Assembly (NCBI GenBank): GCA_963769425.1
Contig: CAVYLP010000003.1
Coordinates: forward strand, 1 to 64,000
DNA length: 64,000 nt
Direction: 5' to 3'
DNA from: Candidatus Bathyarchaeota archaeon
GTDB lineage: Archaea > Thermoproteota > Bathyarchaeia > TCS64
How positions within the stretch are numbered: position 1 is the stretch's first letter; each line of letters starts with the position of its first letter. A program made the translations under genes and the position numbers. The notes beneath the pieces are model-generated. The model was not told where the DNA came from. It saw nothing but the letters and a program-made list of their open reading frames with translations, and ran no database searches. Of the stretch, positions 11,383-21,920 are shown one piece after another.

Positions 11383-13240
11383 AGACAATTTCTACACATG
11401 ACGGAGGGGCGCGACGTGTGATTCACTGTTGGCGCGTAGTCGAACGATTTGCTGCGGAGCATCATTTGGGAACCAAGAAATGTGCCCAAGAGTCTATCAG
11501 CCAATGTTCGGTCGGGCGTAACAATTGACCACACAACACCGACAAGAAAGGTCGTCATCAAAACGATAATCACTACTCCACCGCAAAACCAAGGGAGAAC
11601 GGTTCGTTCGGATAAGCGGTGTTCAAAAACCACCAAACTGCGCTGCTGACTAAGAATGACGACGTCAGCCAACGCCTATCCGAAACTAAGCTGGACGATG
11701 CCGGATGCCCACTAGTCGTAACGACTGCTATACCGAAGGCTGTCAAGAGGGGAAACCTGTAGAAGGTAAATCGAGGTTGATCAAAATACAACGTATATGA
11801 TTCATGTTCAAAACACCTCGACAGAATGAAAAGAGAGCATAAGAATAGAATTACTGACAACCAGCCCCTCAATTCGGAGGCGTCAGTCAAGGATGGAGGG
11901 GATATTTCCGCAACCTAATAGGCTGACTAACAAAGGCACACCGCATGTTATGAGGAGTGCCAAACGCCGCCCTTGTGAAACTGAAGGGGCCCTGTGAAGC
12001 AGGTTCTTCTATTGCAACCGTCAGATCTTCATAGTTGTTAATACCATCCAACTCGTTGAAGAAACTGCGGGCATGGAGTGGCAGCGGGGACGCCGGGAAT
12101 TGGCGAACTTGATAGGCAGGTTTTACCTCGTCGCCTTCCAGGCAAATCTGGCAGAATCGCCGCAGGAACAAAACAACGGAGGCAATTGCTGGACTGCCTA
12201 GGGTTGGGATGTTGTCGGCAGAAGATTCGTCGCCCTCACTGTGGCCTTCGAAATCGAGCATTTTCACGCGGTTGTCTTCAGTGATCCACAGTCTGCCCAA
12301 GTCGAGTGATATTGGCGCGACTTTGCCGCGCTGAAGCGCTAAGTTCTGCAACCAAGTCTGCCATCCAATTTCGCACCAAATGCCACGGCTGTGGCTGTTT
12401 CACTATTTCGAGCAACGGCTTTCCCGAGGGCATTTCATAAGCGTCCCAGCACCCGTCCGGAGATCGCCGGCCGGCCAACCAGCGCAGGCGACCGTTTCGC
12501 GCCAATTCACACCTTGCTCGCGGAACGGGCGGGGTTCCGATCGGCTGCTTACGAATCCAAACTTTGCGTCGCAAGCGGTCATCATACGCGACAGGATCTC
12601 TTGTCGTGTGCTTGCCTTCAGGGTGCCAATTACCGAGTACGGGCCGATTCTGACAACGCTTTCTATTTCCGGGTAGTCCTGCACTTGGATAGATGCAGGT
12701 CGGAGGCGGAGATCCGCTTTCTCTACCACTCGCGTTCCGGTGCAAAGATCATGCAGAGCAGCAAATCCGTTGATCCTGCGGGCAGTGGAGAACAATAATC
12801 CCATGCAGATTGGGACTTCTGGCCGCATCAAGACCTCTATTTTGTTCAAAAAACCCGGACCACCACCAAGATCAATGGATATGAATTTAGTCAAGTAGGA
12901 TACAACGACTAGGCTGCCGCAAAAAAGTGATGAACGTAGAAAGGCAGTCCCGAGGTCGAGATGCATGCCCCCTGCTGAAACCACGCGCAGTCCACATGCT
13001 GCTTTGCCGACGCTTATCCCCCATATTCCTTCCAGGGTCCCATAATAGGAGACTCCGAGTAAGTAGCCCACCATAATCAGAGCTGGGAATGGCATGTCCG
13101 GCCACCCAAACTGCTTCTGAAGGGGTATTTTTATTTTCCATCCATCAAGACGCATACGATCAATCAACACAGAACCACGAAGCTTTAGCACCAGAAGTTG
13201 CAGCAAGCTAAGACTTGAAACGATCGTAAGCATCGTTTCT
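11379..13240 (-). pseudogene. RDD-domain / kinase-like membrane protein, 5'-truncated at the junction and frameshifted
   Basis: RDD motifs YYGTLEGIWGISVGKAACGLRVV..AFLRS and ALHDLCTGTRVV; a second RDD-like tail PDRTLADRLLGT; kinase-like RIGPYSVIG and LWITEDNRVKMLDF. Confidence 0.65.
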
Positions 13241-13339
13241 GAGTTGACCTGTTTTAGACTCATAAGACTAATGAGACCGAGCCCAGCGAGCACCTTGCTG
13301 TTCAATCGGTCAATCTTCACCATTGTATCTAAAATGATT

Positions 13340-13359
13340 TATCGATATATTAACTTTCG
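13340..13359 (-). promoter_or_regulatory. Archaeal BRE/TATA-like promoter ahead of ATG 13323
   Basis: The minus strand reads CGAAAG TTAATATA about 25-30 nt upstream of MVKIDRLNSK. Confidence 0.5.
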
Positions 13360-13762
13360 TTTGTGTCCAGTTTTTACAAGCCAAAGACTTTCATTTTAGA
13401 CTTTGGTTATGCTAATAAAGAAGGCCTATTTATTATAAAATTAGCAAAATCAAACAACATATACACGATTATCTTCCCGAGATATTAATTAAATTAATCA
13501 AAATTACACCAAAAAATAGCACTTAAATTATATCATCATTGCAAATAAACGAAACTTCCGCAAATAATCGAGTGTTAGATTCAATTAACTAGCATATGAA
13601 ATTCAGAAAGGGGATAAACATAACTCCTCCTTTAGACCTAAATTTTACACTTATAAGATATAGGCGGGCATTATACACAGAATCTTTATTTTCATCTAAA
13701 AATGTCTGAAACATTAGATGGATAGTAAGCTTTTTTTAATCTGGTCATTAGTTCTAGCACTC

Positions 13763-14052
13763 ATGAGGGTTTCAGCCCCATTCCAGGACGAGGTCCTGAA
13801 AATATTGTTACGATTAGGGAGACCTATGTCTCTGAGACAGATCACACAAAGCTGCTCCCTCGGATACCATCAAGTCGCAAGCTGCCTAGTCGCCCTAAAG
13901 GCAAAGGGCTACGTGAGAAACGTAAAATTCGGAGTCTACGAGGTCACAGAAGACGCAAAGCTGGAGGAGCTCTCACCAGAAGCCAGATAAAGATCTTAAA
14001 AAATAAAATTAACGAATTGGAAAACATAATTAAAAAGCTACTTATTAAATAA
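13763..14052 (+). CDS. Winged-HTH protein with C-terminal coiled coil; frameshift at ~13985
   Basis: VLKIL..GRPMSLRQIT..QVASCLVALKAKGYVRNVKFGVYEV continues as IKILKNKINELENIIKKLLIK*. Confidence 0.7.
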
Positions 14053-14066
14053 GAAAAATAAGCGTA

Positions 14067-14761
14067 TCTAATTTTGTTTGGGCTTCAGCAGTACAGAGCC
14101 ACAATTAGGGCAAACCACATAGTCTTTCGGAAGATTTTTGTTACATGTTGTGCAATGCAACATTTCCCGTTCAATGATATGTACTTCTCTTCGTATATCC
14201 CTCTTGAGAAAGTTGCATTATGGCTCCAATGAACAAGGATAGGATAATTGGGAAACCTACGCGATCAACAGCCCAAAAACCAGTAATAGTACCACCCCAA
14301 GCAACGAGTAGAGCACCTATACCCGTAGACAAAATTATGTAACCAATCCTATAGAATCGCAACCCCGCGTATGTGGACAAAGTAAAGGCAATTAGAATCG
14401 GCAAATAATTCAATCTTGTTTCAAGAATTGGATATCCAAAATTCCAACCGACTAGGGTTCTGGTAGATGTAAGATCGGAAACTATTGCAGCCCCAATAAA
14501 TCCACTGGTTAACCCAATTGAGATTTTCTCATAAATTATGAAAAGAGCACCCACAAGCACGCCAGCAAGTATCGATAAACCCCATAAGAAAACTACATCA
14601 CTAAAAAGATTAAAAGAATAAATAATGAGATCACAGGATATTACGCCTATAACAAATCCCGATAAAGCAATCATAGAACGATGAATTTTCCAACCAATCG
14701 TCGCGATGGTAAAACCTAATAATATAACAATCGCACCGGCTATAAGACTAAAATTATACAT
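14067..14761 (-). CDS. DUF4203/TMEM198-like membrane protein with a probable C-terminal double zinc ribbon
   Basis: Multi-TM ORF 14171-14761. Shifted frames beyond the stop give HCTTCNK and CPNCGS. Confidence 0.6.
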
Positions 14762-14874
14762 TATGATATACTTTTCATTAAAATGTCTAAATATTTAACT
14801 CTTTTCGACTCATAATATAAGATTATTATCTTTTCACATAGTACTTATTCAACAAAGTAATTCCAAATTCTATC

Positions 14875-15333
14875 TCATAAAAATATCCATATTTTATTTA
14901 ATTCTTTATCATTTGTGTGTTTATACCTATAGAAGATCACAAACACCATCAAAATAAATAGAACAACCTCCACAAATGTCTCGAACAAACCAGTCAACTG
15001 AATCGCCGGTGGAGCACCAAACCAGGAGGTTGAAAGTGGCCAAAACATCTGAGTCGGAGGAACTAGAAAATCACCAATGAGAATATGCGAGGCAAGCGCA
15101 GCGAGGTATGCCCAACCACCCCTAAGATAGATGAGAACTGGGACAAACGCAACAACTGCAATAATGAGGCTATGACCAGACCCCCTATGAGTAATATAAT
15201 TGTGGAAAAACTCATCGATGTCTGGAGCTATCGAAAAGAGCCATACCACGGGGATAATTATCTTCTCTCGTGTATACCTATTAATGAAAGAAGCTGAAAA
15301 ATATCCTAAGGCGAAGTGCCCAAGAAACCACAT
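14875..15333 (-). CDS. YdjM-like membrane metal-dependent hydrolase
   Basis: GHFALG..PDID..HRGSGHS..SHILIGD. Confidence 0.85.
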   Translation of the reverse strand: MWFLGHFALGYFSASFINRYTREKIIIPVVWLFSIAPDIDEFFHNYITHRGSGHSLIIAVVAFVPVLIYLRGGWAYLAALASHILIGDFLVPPTQMFWPLSTSWFGAPPAIQLTGLFETFVEVVLFILMVFVIFYRYKHTNDKELNKIWIFL

Positions 15334-15412
15334 GCTCTTTAAAAAAAGACATCTCAATGATTTAAACAGAAAGATACTCGCTCAGATTCGATCGGATCCG
15401 CGCGCTTTACAT

Positions 15413-17191
15413 TTAATTGATGGAGTTGCTGGATCCATTGTTTACTATGTTTGCTTTGAGACTGCCAGTGAAGGTATTGCCCGACCCGGAGCAACTATTG
15501 GTGCCACTTGAAATTAGCAAACCATAGATCCCGCTATTTGTTACTGAATTTCCATAGAGCTTTGCCCCTGAAGCATTATAAGCTGTCCAACCAAGGACGA
15601 TACCATCACCCCTTACATTCGAAATAGTGTTTCCGTGGACGGACCCATCTTGAGAAATACCTATTCTGATACCCCCAGTAGACCGCGCAAGGATTCCATA
15701 GTATGTAGCTTTAATTTGATTATTGATAATCACCTGTCCGGAGCTCGATGTTGAGCTGCCAGAGATATCGGGATCAACTTCTATGCCACAGGTTTTGTAG
15801 TTTTGCTTAGAATCGTAGATGATGTTGTCTTTTACTACATTGTTTACAACAGGACCATCAGCTTCGTAGAAGCTAATACCCACGCAGCCTGAGATTGGAG
15901 AGTTTGTACTTATCGAAGTTCCAAATAACCCATTATTGGCGCTTGAAGTTCCCCAGGTTAGATATGCAGTGTCTATATCGTTTCCCACGACGGTAACATC
16001 TTTGGACCATCTTAGTTTGACACAAACGTCACGACAATCTTTGATTGTATTATATGCAATCAACCCGGAGCCGGACCAGGAACTTGAAGAACCGCCTGTT
16101 GCGATGCCATATTGCGCTTTAATTATCGTATTGTGTAGGAATTGGAAATTCTGCGCACCATAAGCTAACAAGCCGTATTGAATGACATTTTTAATTGTGC
16201 AATATTGAACTGTGGTATAGCTACCACACACTATAATTGCAGGTGATATATTCGAATTATAGTTTGCATCGAAGATCAGTTTTTGGATCGTGACGCCATT
16301 TGTGATTGTATTTACTTTAAATAAATACCCGGTTAAGGAGTTGGATGCCTGTATTATTGTATTGTCTTCACCCGTTAACGTTACACCACTAACTGTTAAG
16401 TTGGGTGTCGTGTAAGCGATGTAAACACCATTCTGGAACAGAACAACATCTGAAGATCTAATAATGCTGTTCAATGAATTTATGAGGGCGCCAAAATCCG
16501 ACTGTTTTGAAACAATTGTGTTTTGAGAGACAGATTTTACATAATATGTTGAACCGGATACATACACTATGTAGTCTGCTGATCCGGCGGTCATTGATTG
16601 AATTTGAGTAAATGTTGCCGTTACCACTTTATTATTATTCATAGTAAGAGTCAACGGGTTTTGAGTGCTTGAAACCGCACCACTCCAATTATTAAAACTC
16701 CAGCCGGCGAGAGGAGTTGCCGATATCTGGACTTGATCGTTCATCGAATACGTGGACTTGTTGGGTGAGACCAAAATTGATCCCTGGCCGATAGTTATTA
16801 AGTTAAGTGTAAATTGTTGGGGTTGTGTACTTGTGAAGACCGCAATTAGAGTGAACACGGCGCCGCCCCAATTCGAAACGAAGGGGAGGGGATTTCGAGT
16901 CACTATTTGTGAGCCTTGATAAATCCAGTGATCAAAGATCCAACCAGTATTCGCTGTGGCAGTAAGTGTAATCGTCTGTCCTACCGAATAGCTGTGGGTT
17001 CCCGAATTTGGACTCGTTGTTCCTCCGCCTTGCGACGAGATCACAATGGAATAGGAACTAGATGCCGCAGCGAATGGTGAAAAACCCCCAATTTGAGTGA
17101 ATAATGTTCCGGTTACTATCAAAAGGAACAAACAAATTGATACTCCGGATCTACTCGTTCTTTTAATAGGGTGTTTTAAGATTTTGGTCAA
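15413..17191 (-). CDS. Surface protein: TM/signal, 2 InlB-B-like repeats and a right-handed beta-helix
   Basis: TLTATANTGWIFDHW and GWSFNNWSG repeats; Asn/Ile-rich beta-helix rungs. Confidence 0.8.
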   Translation of the reverse strand: MTKILKHPIKRTSRSGVSICLFLLIVTGTLFTQIGGFSPFAAASSSYSIVISSQGGGTTSPNSGTHSYSVGQTITLTATANTGWIFDHWIYQGSQIVTRNPLPFVSNWGGAVFTLIAVFTSTQPQQFTLNLITIGQGSILVSPNKSTYSMNDQVQISATPLAGWSFNNWSGAVSSTQNPLTLTMNNNKVVTATFTQIQSMTAGSADYIVYVSGSTYYVKSVSQNTIVSKQSDFGALINSLNSIIRSSDVVLFQNGVYIAYTTPNLTVSGVTLTGEDNTIIQASNSLTGYLFKVNTITNGVTIQKLIFDANYNSNISPAIIVCGSYTTVQYCTIKNVIQYGLLAYGAQNFQFLHNTIIKAQYGIATGGSSSSWSGSGLIAYNTIKDCRDVCVKLRWSKDVTVVGNDIDTAYLTWGTSSANNGLFGTSISTNSPISGCVGISFYEADGPVVNNVVKDNIIYDSKQNYKTCGIEVDPDISGSSTSSSGQVIINNQIKATYYGILARSTGGIRIGISQDGSVHGNTISNVRGDGIVLGWTAYNASGAKLYGNSVTNSGIYGLLISSGTNSCSGSGNTFTGSLKANIVNNGSSNSIN

Positions 17192-17347
17192 GTTACGCTT
17201 ATGTTGGTGATTGATTTAAAAACAATTCTGAGTTGTTTATATTAAAATCGAACAATTTCGAGATGCCTTGTGTATCGTACCGTTTAAAATATTAGGAAAC
17301 TGACACTGATTAATAGATATCTTTAGAATAAGAAAGGGTTTAGAAAA

Positions 17348-18217
17348 ATGGTTACGGTTTCAGTATTAATTACAATTTATAATGCTAAAAATGAGTTAAA
17401 AAAATGTTTAGACTCATTAGTAAATCAATCATTTTCTGACTTTGAAATAATTGTTGTCGAAGATCCTCCATTTGATGGTTCTAAACAAATAATCGATGAA
17501 TACGGCGATAATAGAATAAGTTACATTGGTAATACGAAGAGATTGGGGTTAAGTCAGAGTAGAAACGTTGCTATTGAAAATGCTCGGGGGAGATATCTAT
17601 TTTTTACAGATTCGGATTGCGTTGTTTCCTCAAAATGGATTGAATCAGGCGTTCAAACATTTCAAAATATTTCATGCGTCGGCGTAGAGGGGCGAACATT
17701 CTACGTTTCTGAAAACTACCAACCAACTTTTTCGGACAGAATAATTTCAAATTTGGACGGTGGAAACTATAATACCTGCAATATGGCTTATTCGAAAAAT
17801 ATCATTGATTATGTACATGGATTCGACTCCCGCTTTTCTTACCACGAAGATAGGGACATCGCATTCCGAATCTTAAAACAAGGTAACATTATATTCAATT
17901 CAGACATGATAGTATATCATTCTAAAAGCAAATGGAAGGCTTTTAAATTTATCAAGTTTGGTAATATTATTAAGAACAGAGTTCTGCTATTTAAAAAATT
18001 CAATGATACATATGGTATTTATCATAGGATAGTCTTTCCTAAGGATTTAGCGATTATTTTATTCCCTCCATTTTTAATTGGTCTATATTTAAATCATAAA
18101 AATAAATTTGTTAATCGCGAAGATTGGATTTTACTGCCATTAACCTATTTGCAATTGTGGGATGAACGATTAAATTTATGGCTTATGTGTATAAAGGAAA
18201 AGGTATTTTTAATATAA
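17348..18217 (+). CDS. Glycosyltransferase family 2
   Basis: VSVLITIYN..CLDSLVNQ..EIIVVED; FTDSDC (DxD); EDRDI. Confidence 0.9.
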   Translation: MVTVSVLITIYNAKNELKKCLDSLVNQSFSDFEIIVVEDPPFDGSKQIIDEYGDNRISYIGNTKRLGLSQSRNVAIENARGRYLFFTDSDCVVSSKWIESGVQTFQNISCVGVEGRTFYVSENYQPTFSDRIISNLDGGNYNTCNMAYSKNIIDYVHGFDSRFSYHEDRDIAFRILKQGNIIFNSDMIVYHSKSKWKAFKFIKFGNIIKNRVLLFKKFNDTYGIYHRIVFPKDLAIILFPPFLIGLYLNHKNKFVNREDWILLPLTYLQLWDERLNLWLMCIKEKVFLI

Positions 18218-18247
18218 TTCGATCATACAAATAAGAAAATATTTTTA

Positions 18248-19978
18248 TTAATTAATTATATTTCCGTTATCTAAATCTTTAATATTTTGTAAGCCGCTAT
18301 TTTTTATTATATTTTTGCTAATTATACAATTATTCGTTCCATTACTAATTTCTATACCAAATTGAGATGAATTAGTAATCAAATTACCAATAACTTTAGA
18401 ATTTGATGCGTTATTAATTGTCCAGCCCAAAAGAATACCTATATTTCTTGAGTTATTAATTTCATTACCTTCAATATCATCATTTATATTTATTCCTACT
18501 AATACTTTTGGAGATTTAATTATTATTCCATAGAATGCATCACTGACAGTGTTATTATAAAGTATTTGACCACTGCTATTAATTAAAATAGTTTTGTCTA
18601 ATCTAAAATCACTTCCAACTTCAATTCCGCAGGTATGAGCAGTTTTATTAGAATCGTAAATAATATTATTTTTAACTGTACAGTTTATATCAGGTCCGTC
18701 AGCTTGATAAAATTTGATTCCCTCACAACCAAATACTGGGTTATCAGAAGATACGCTAGTACCCCACATACCATTATTTTCATTTTGATTTCCCCATGTA
18801 AGATATCCTATATCAATTAAGTTATTTTCTACAGTTACATTATTACACCATCTTAATTTAACGCAACAATCTCTGCAATCCTTAATTGTATTATGGGCTA
18901 TCAAACCGTTTTGGCTAAAGGGATACCCATTACCCCCGCCTGTTGAAATCCCATATTGTGCTTTTTCAACATTATTGTAAATAATTTTAAAATGATTTGC
19001 ACTAAAAGCAAGTAGGCTATATTGAATGGCATTCGTAAATGTGCAATTCCGAACGAGATCAAAGTCTCCGGTTACCATAACAACTGGAGAAATGTTATTG
19101 TTATGATTCGCATCAAAAATAATACTCTGTATAGTGTCGTGGTCTCCAGTTATTTTTAGAATATAAGAGGATAAGTTTGTAGAAGACGTTAAAGTGGTCT
19201 CGGTTTCTCCTTGAATTGAAATAGCATTTTGCGTTATAAGGATTGGTTCTGAAACAATATAGGTTCCTTTTTGTATGTATATTTTATCATTCTTTTTTAA
19301 AACGTTATTTAGAGAGTTAATTGCATCTCCAAAATTATTGTCCAAAATAATCGCTCTATTGTTTGAACTTTTAATAATTATGTTAGATTCTGTATTAGAA
19401 ATATAATATCTGGTAATGTTTTCAATTGGGCTTACAATAATTGGAATTGAGTACTCAGAACTATTTAGATATACCTTATAAGAGATATTATTTTCTAATC
19501 TAAAATTGTAGGTTACATTAGAAGGGATTTTAAAGGAAAGAGTGTGATTTTGGAATCTTCCTAAATCCCAACTTGTTATATTATTAATGAATAATTTAGT
19601 ACTAGCTATTTGAGTAGGAGAATTTGGGTAGTCAATTACTAATGGAATTTTCTCTTTTGTAATCCCATCGAATTGAACGAATAAATTACCTAAAATGCTA
19701 GATTCTTTGATGGTTTCATTGTGAATGTAATTCAACCTAATTTTTGCTTCTATAGCAGTTATGCCTGTTTGATTTGTTAGGAGAGACAATGAATTTACAA
19801 CAGTCAGATTTGATAAATGAATTGGAGATGGACCGTATCTGTATGAAATTATTATCGAAGCAGAGACATTATTTATGTTTTGACGTTTAAGATTATGTAT
19901 GTTGGAGTAATTCCAAGCCGAAAAAGATATTATTAAAATTAAACCGATCATTAAAACATAGATTATTTTATTCTTCAA
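18248..19978 (-). CDS. Membrane-anchored right-handed beta-helix protein
   Basis: N-terminal TM; the C-terminal domain is paralogous to that of 15413-17191 (AQYGISTGG, KDCRDCCVKLRWC, FYQADGP). Confidence 0.8.
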   Translation of the reverse strand: MKNKIIYVLMIGLILIISFSAWNYSNIHNLKRQNINNVSASIIISYRYGPSPIHLSNLTVVNSLSLLTNQTGITAIEAKIRLNYIHNETIKESSILGNLFVQFDGITKEKIPLVIDYPNSPTQIASTKLFINNITSWDLGRFQNHTLSFKIPSNVTYNFRLENNISYKVYLNSSEYSIPIIVSPIENITRYYISNTESNIIIKSSNNRAIILDNNFGDAINSLNNVLKKNDKIYIQKGTYIVSEPILITQNAISIQGETETTLTSSTNLSSYILKITGDHDTIQSIIFDANHNNNISPVVMVTGDFDLVRNCTFTNAIQYSLLAFSANHFKIIYNNVEKAQYGISTGGGNGYPFSQNGLIAHNTIKDCRDCCVKLRWCNNVTVENNLIDIGYLTWGNQNENNGMWGTSVSSDNPVFGCEGIKFYQADGPDINCTVKNNIIYDSNKTAHTCGIEVGSDFRLDKTILINSSGQILYNNTVSDAFYGIIIKSPKVLVGININDDIEGNEINNSRNIGILLGWTINNASNSKVIGNLITNSSQFGIEISNGTNNCIISKNIIKNSGLQNIKDLDNGNIIN

Positions 19979-20219
19979 TAACGTATACCAACCTGAACGT
20001 ACTCTTATTATTCAGTTAGTACTTTCAGATAAGTATTTTCGTTTCATTGATTTTAGTAAGTTTATTGAGATTCATAGATATATTCATAAAACAATATTCT
20101 TTGTTTTGCATCAATAGTTAGGTTGATTTATCTAAAATTAATAGAATATTGAATTAATTATATTTTCGATTTATTTATAATTTGTATAGCGTGCGCATCA
20201 AAATACGTCGATAAATCAT

Positions 20220-21756
20220 TCAGTTTCTCGTTAATCTTTTGATGATTGCTAGTAATGGATCTCCGACTTTACCAATAGGGCCTAATTCCTTAAGAATGGT
20301 GTCAAGTTGAGCGAGATCCTTTGTTTTCAGTGCTCCGATTAGAGGTAGACCTAATATGTAGATTAGAAAGTAGGCTGCCCCTCCCAATACGAGAGTCTCC
20401 CATGCTTGTAGACTGAGATAATTTATCAGTAGATAAGTTGGAATCAAAGCTATCAAACCTACCAAATAGATTCCTCAAAGTTGAGTTCAAGTCCACATTC
20501 AAATTCAAGTTTTTCTTTGCCCATATTGTTTGGTAGAGCCATCCTGCCCTAGGAGATATCAACATTGTAACAAGGATCCCTATCATTCCAAAGGTGGGAC
20601 CTAAAACAATCACTAATGTGGCACCAATTATAAACGAGCATAAATCAGAGCGGAACATCACCTTTGATTCGCCGATTCCGAAAATTAGGTTATTTAGGGA
20701 TATGCCGCCTAAACCCTCCCAGACGTAAGTTAGTATAAAAAGGCTGAGATACTGGGCGACAAATGGGTATTCTGCGCCATATAATATATTTGATAGTGAG
20801 GATGAAAGAACGATTAGAACTAGAACCACCGGTAACGTTAACATGGTCGTATACTTCACTGCAATCTGGTAGACGCTTTTTAGTTGCTGATCATCCTTCT
20901 TGAATTTGCTAAACAATGGGAAGAGTGTTGTAGCTAAGGGCATGGTTATAAACGAAACTAAGACTGCGAAATTTGTGGCAGCGCCATAGTTACCTATTAA
21001 ATCGGTCGCTACGTAAATGACCATAATACTATTATATATTTGCCCAAGCACAGCTCCTAGAAAAGCCCCCATGAATACCGGTAACCCATAGTTTAGCAAC
21101 TCTTTAAGTGTGGTAAAACTCAAACCTATTCCGTTGCCTTCGAACTTTATGATAATAAAGATCAGAAAAACACCAAGTAAACCAACAACAAGTTGAGATA
21201 CCGTATTTGCTAATACTGCGCCGAAAGCCCCCATACCGATTAATAGAAAACCCACAGTAAAGACCGTTCGAGTAACAGACCAAATGATTTGAGATAAACT
21301 TCTAAATCCCATAAGCTCGTAGCCCACGAGAATAACTTGGATTGTTGATAGAAGCCCCCCACCACCTAAAACTGATAAAGCTGCTGCCTGAACAAGAGGT
21401 GTCATATCAGGCCTCTTGAGGAAGCCGGAAGCTATCGGTCCAGCAAATGCGTACATGGCCCCACTAAGCAAAATGCTGGTGGCAACGCTGAAGACTAGAC
21501 CAGTAATTACAACTGACTTGAGTTTGTTTAGCTGTCCTTCATGTCGATAGAGCGCACTGAATCTAACTAGCGCAGTATTCATACCAAGATCTTGGAAAAG
21601 TAAAGCAATTGAGACTGGCAATAATGCGATAGTATATTGCCCATATTCGGTTGGACCTAAAATTCTAGCCATCCAAATAATAGTTAGGGTTGAAATTATT
21701 GCTGTAATGATTTGACCTATTAGTAGCATCATGCTATTTCTAGCCGAGCTACGCAA
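20220..21756 (-). CDS. Oligosaccharide flippase (Wzx/MOP family); frameshift at ~20470
   Basis: ARILGPTEYGQY, DLGMNTALVRF and IGNYGAA; about 14 TM segments. Confidence 0.9.
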
Positions 21757-21920
21757 AACGTCAGATAAGTCCCAAGTCAGCTCAAGTCACCTTAATATCC
21801 ACAATCTGTGGTAACTAACAGATAAATCGACTCTTCTAGAAGACATAAAAGAAAAGACAATTGTATTCATAAATAGAGTTATCCAATCAAAAACTTTGCT
21901 AATTAATTAATATGAATTTC

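Noticed and set aside
284-13200. Dense frameshifts as programmed frameshifting or mass pseudogenisation
   Set aside because: Scattered single-base indels in nearly every gene are better explained by low-coverage long-read error.
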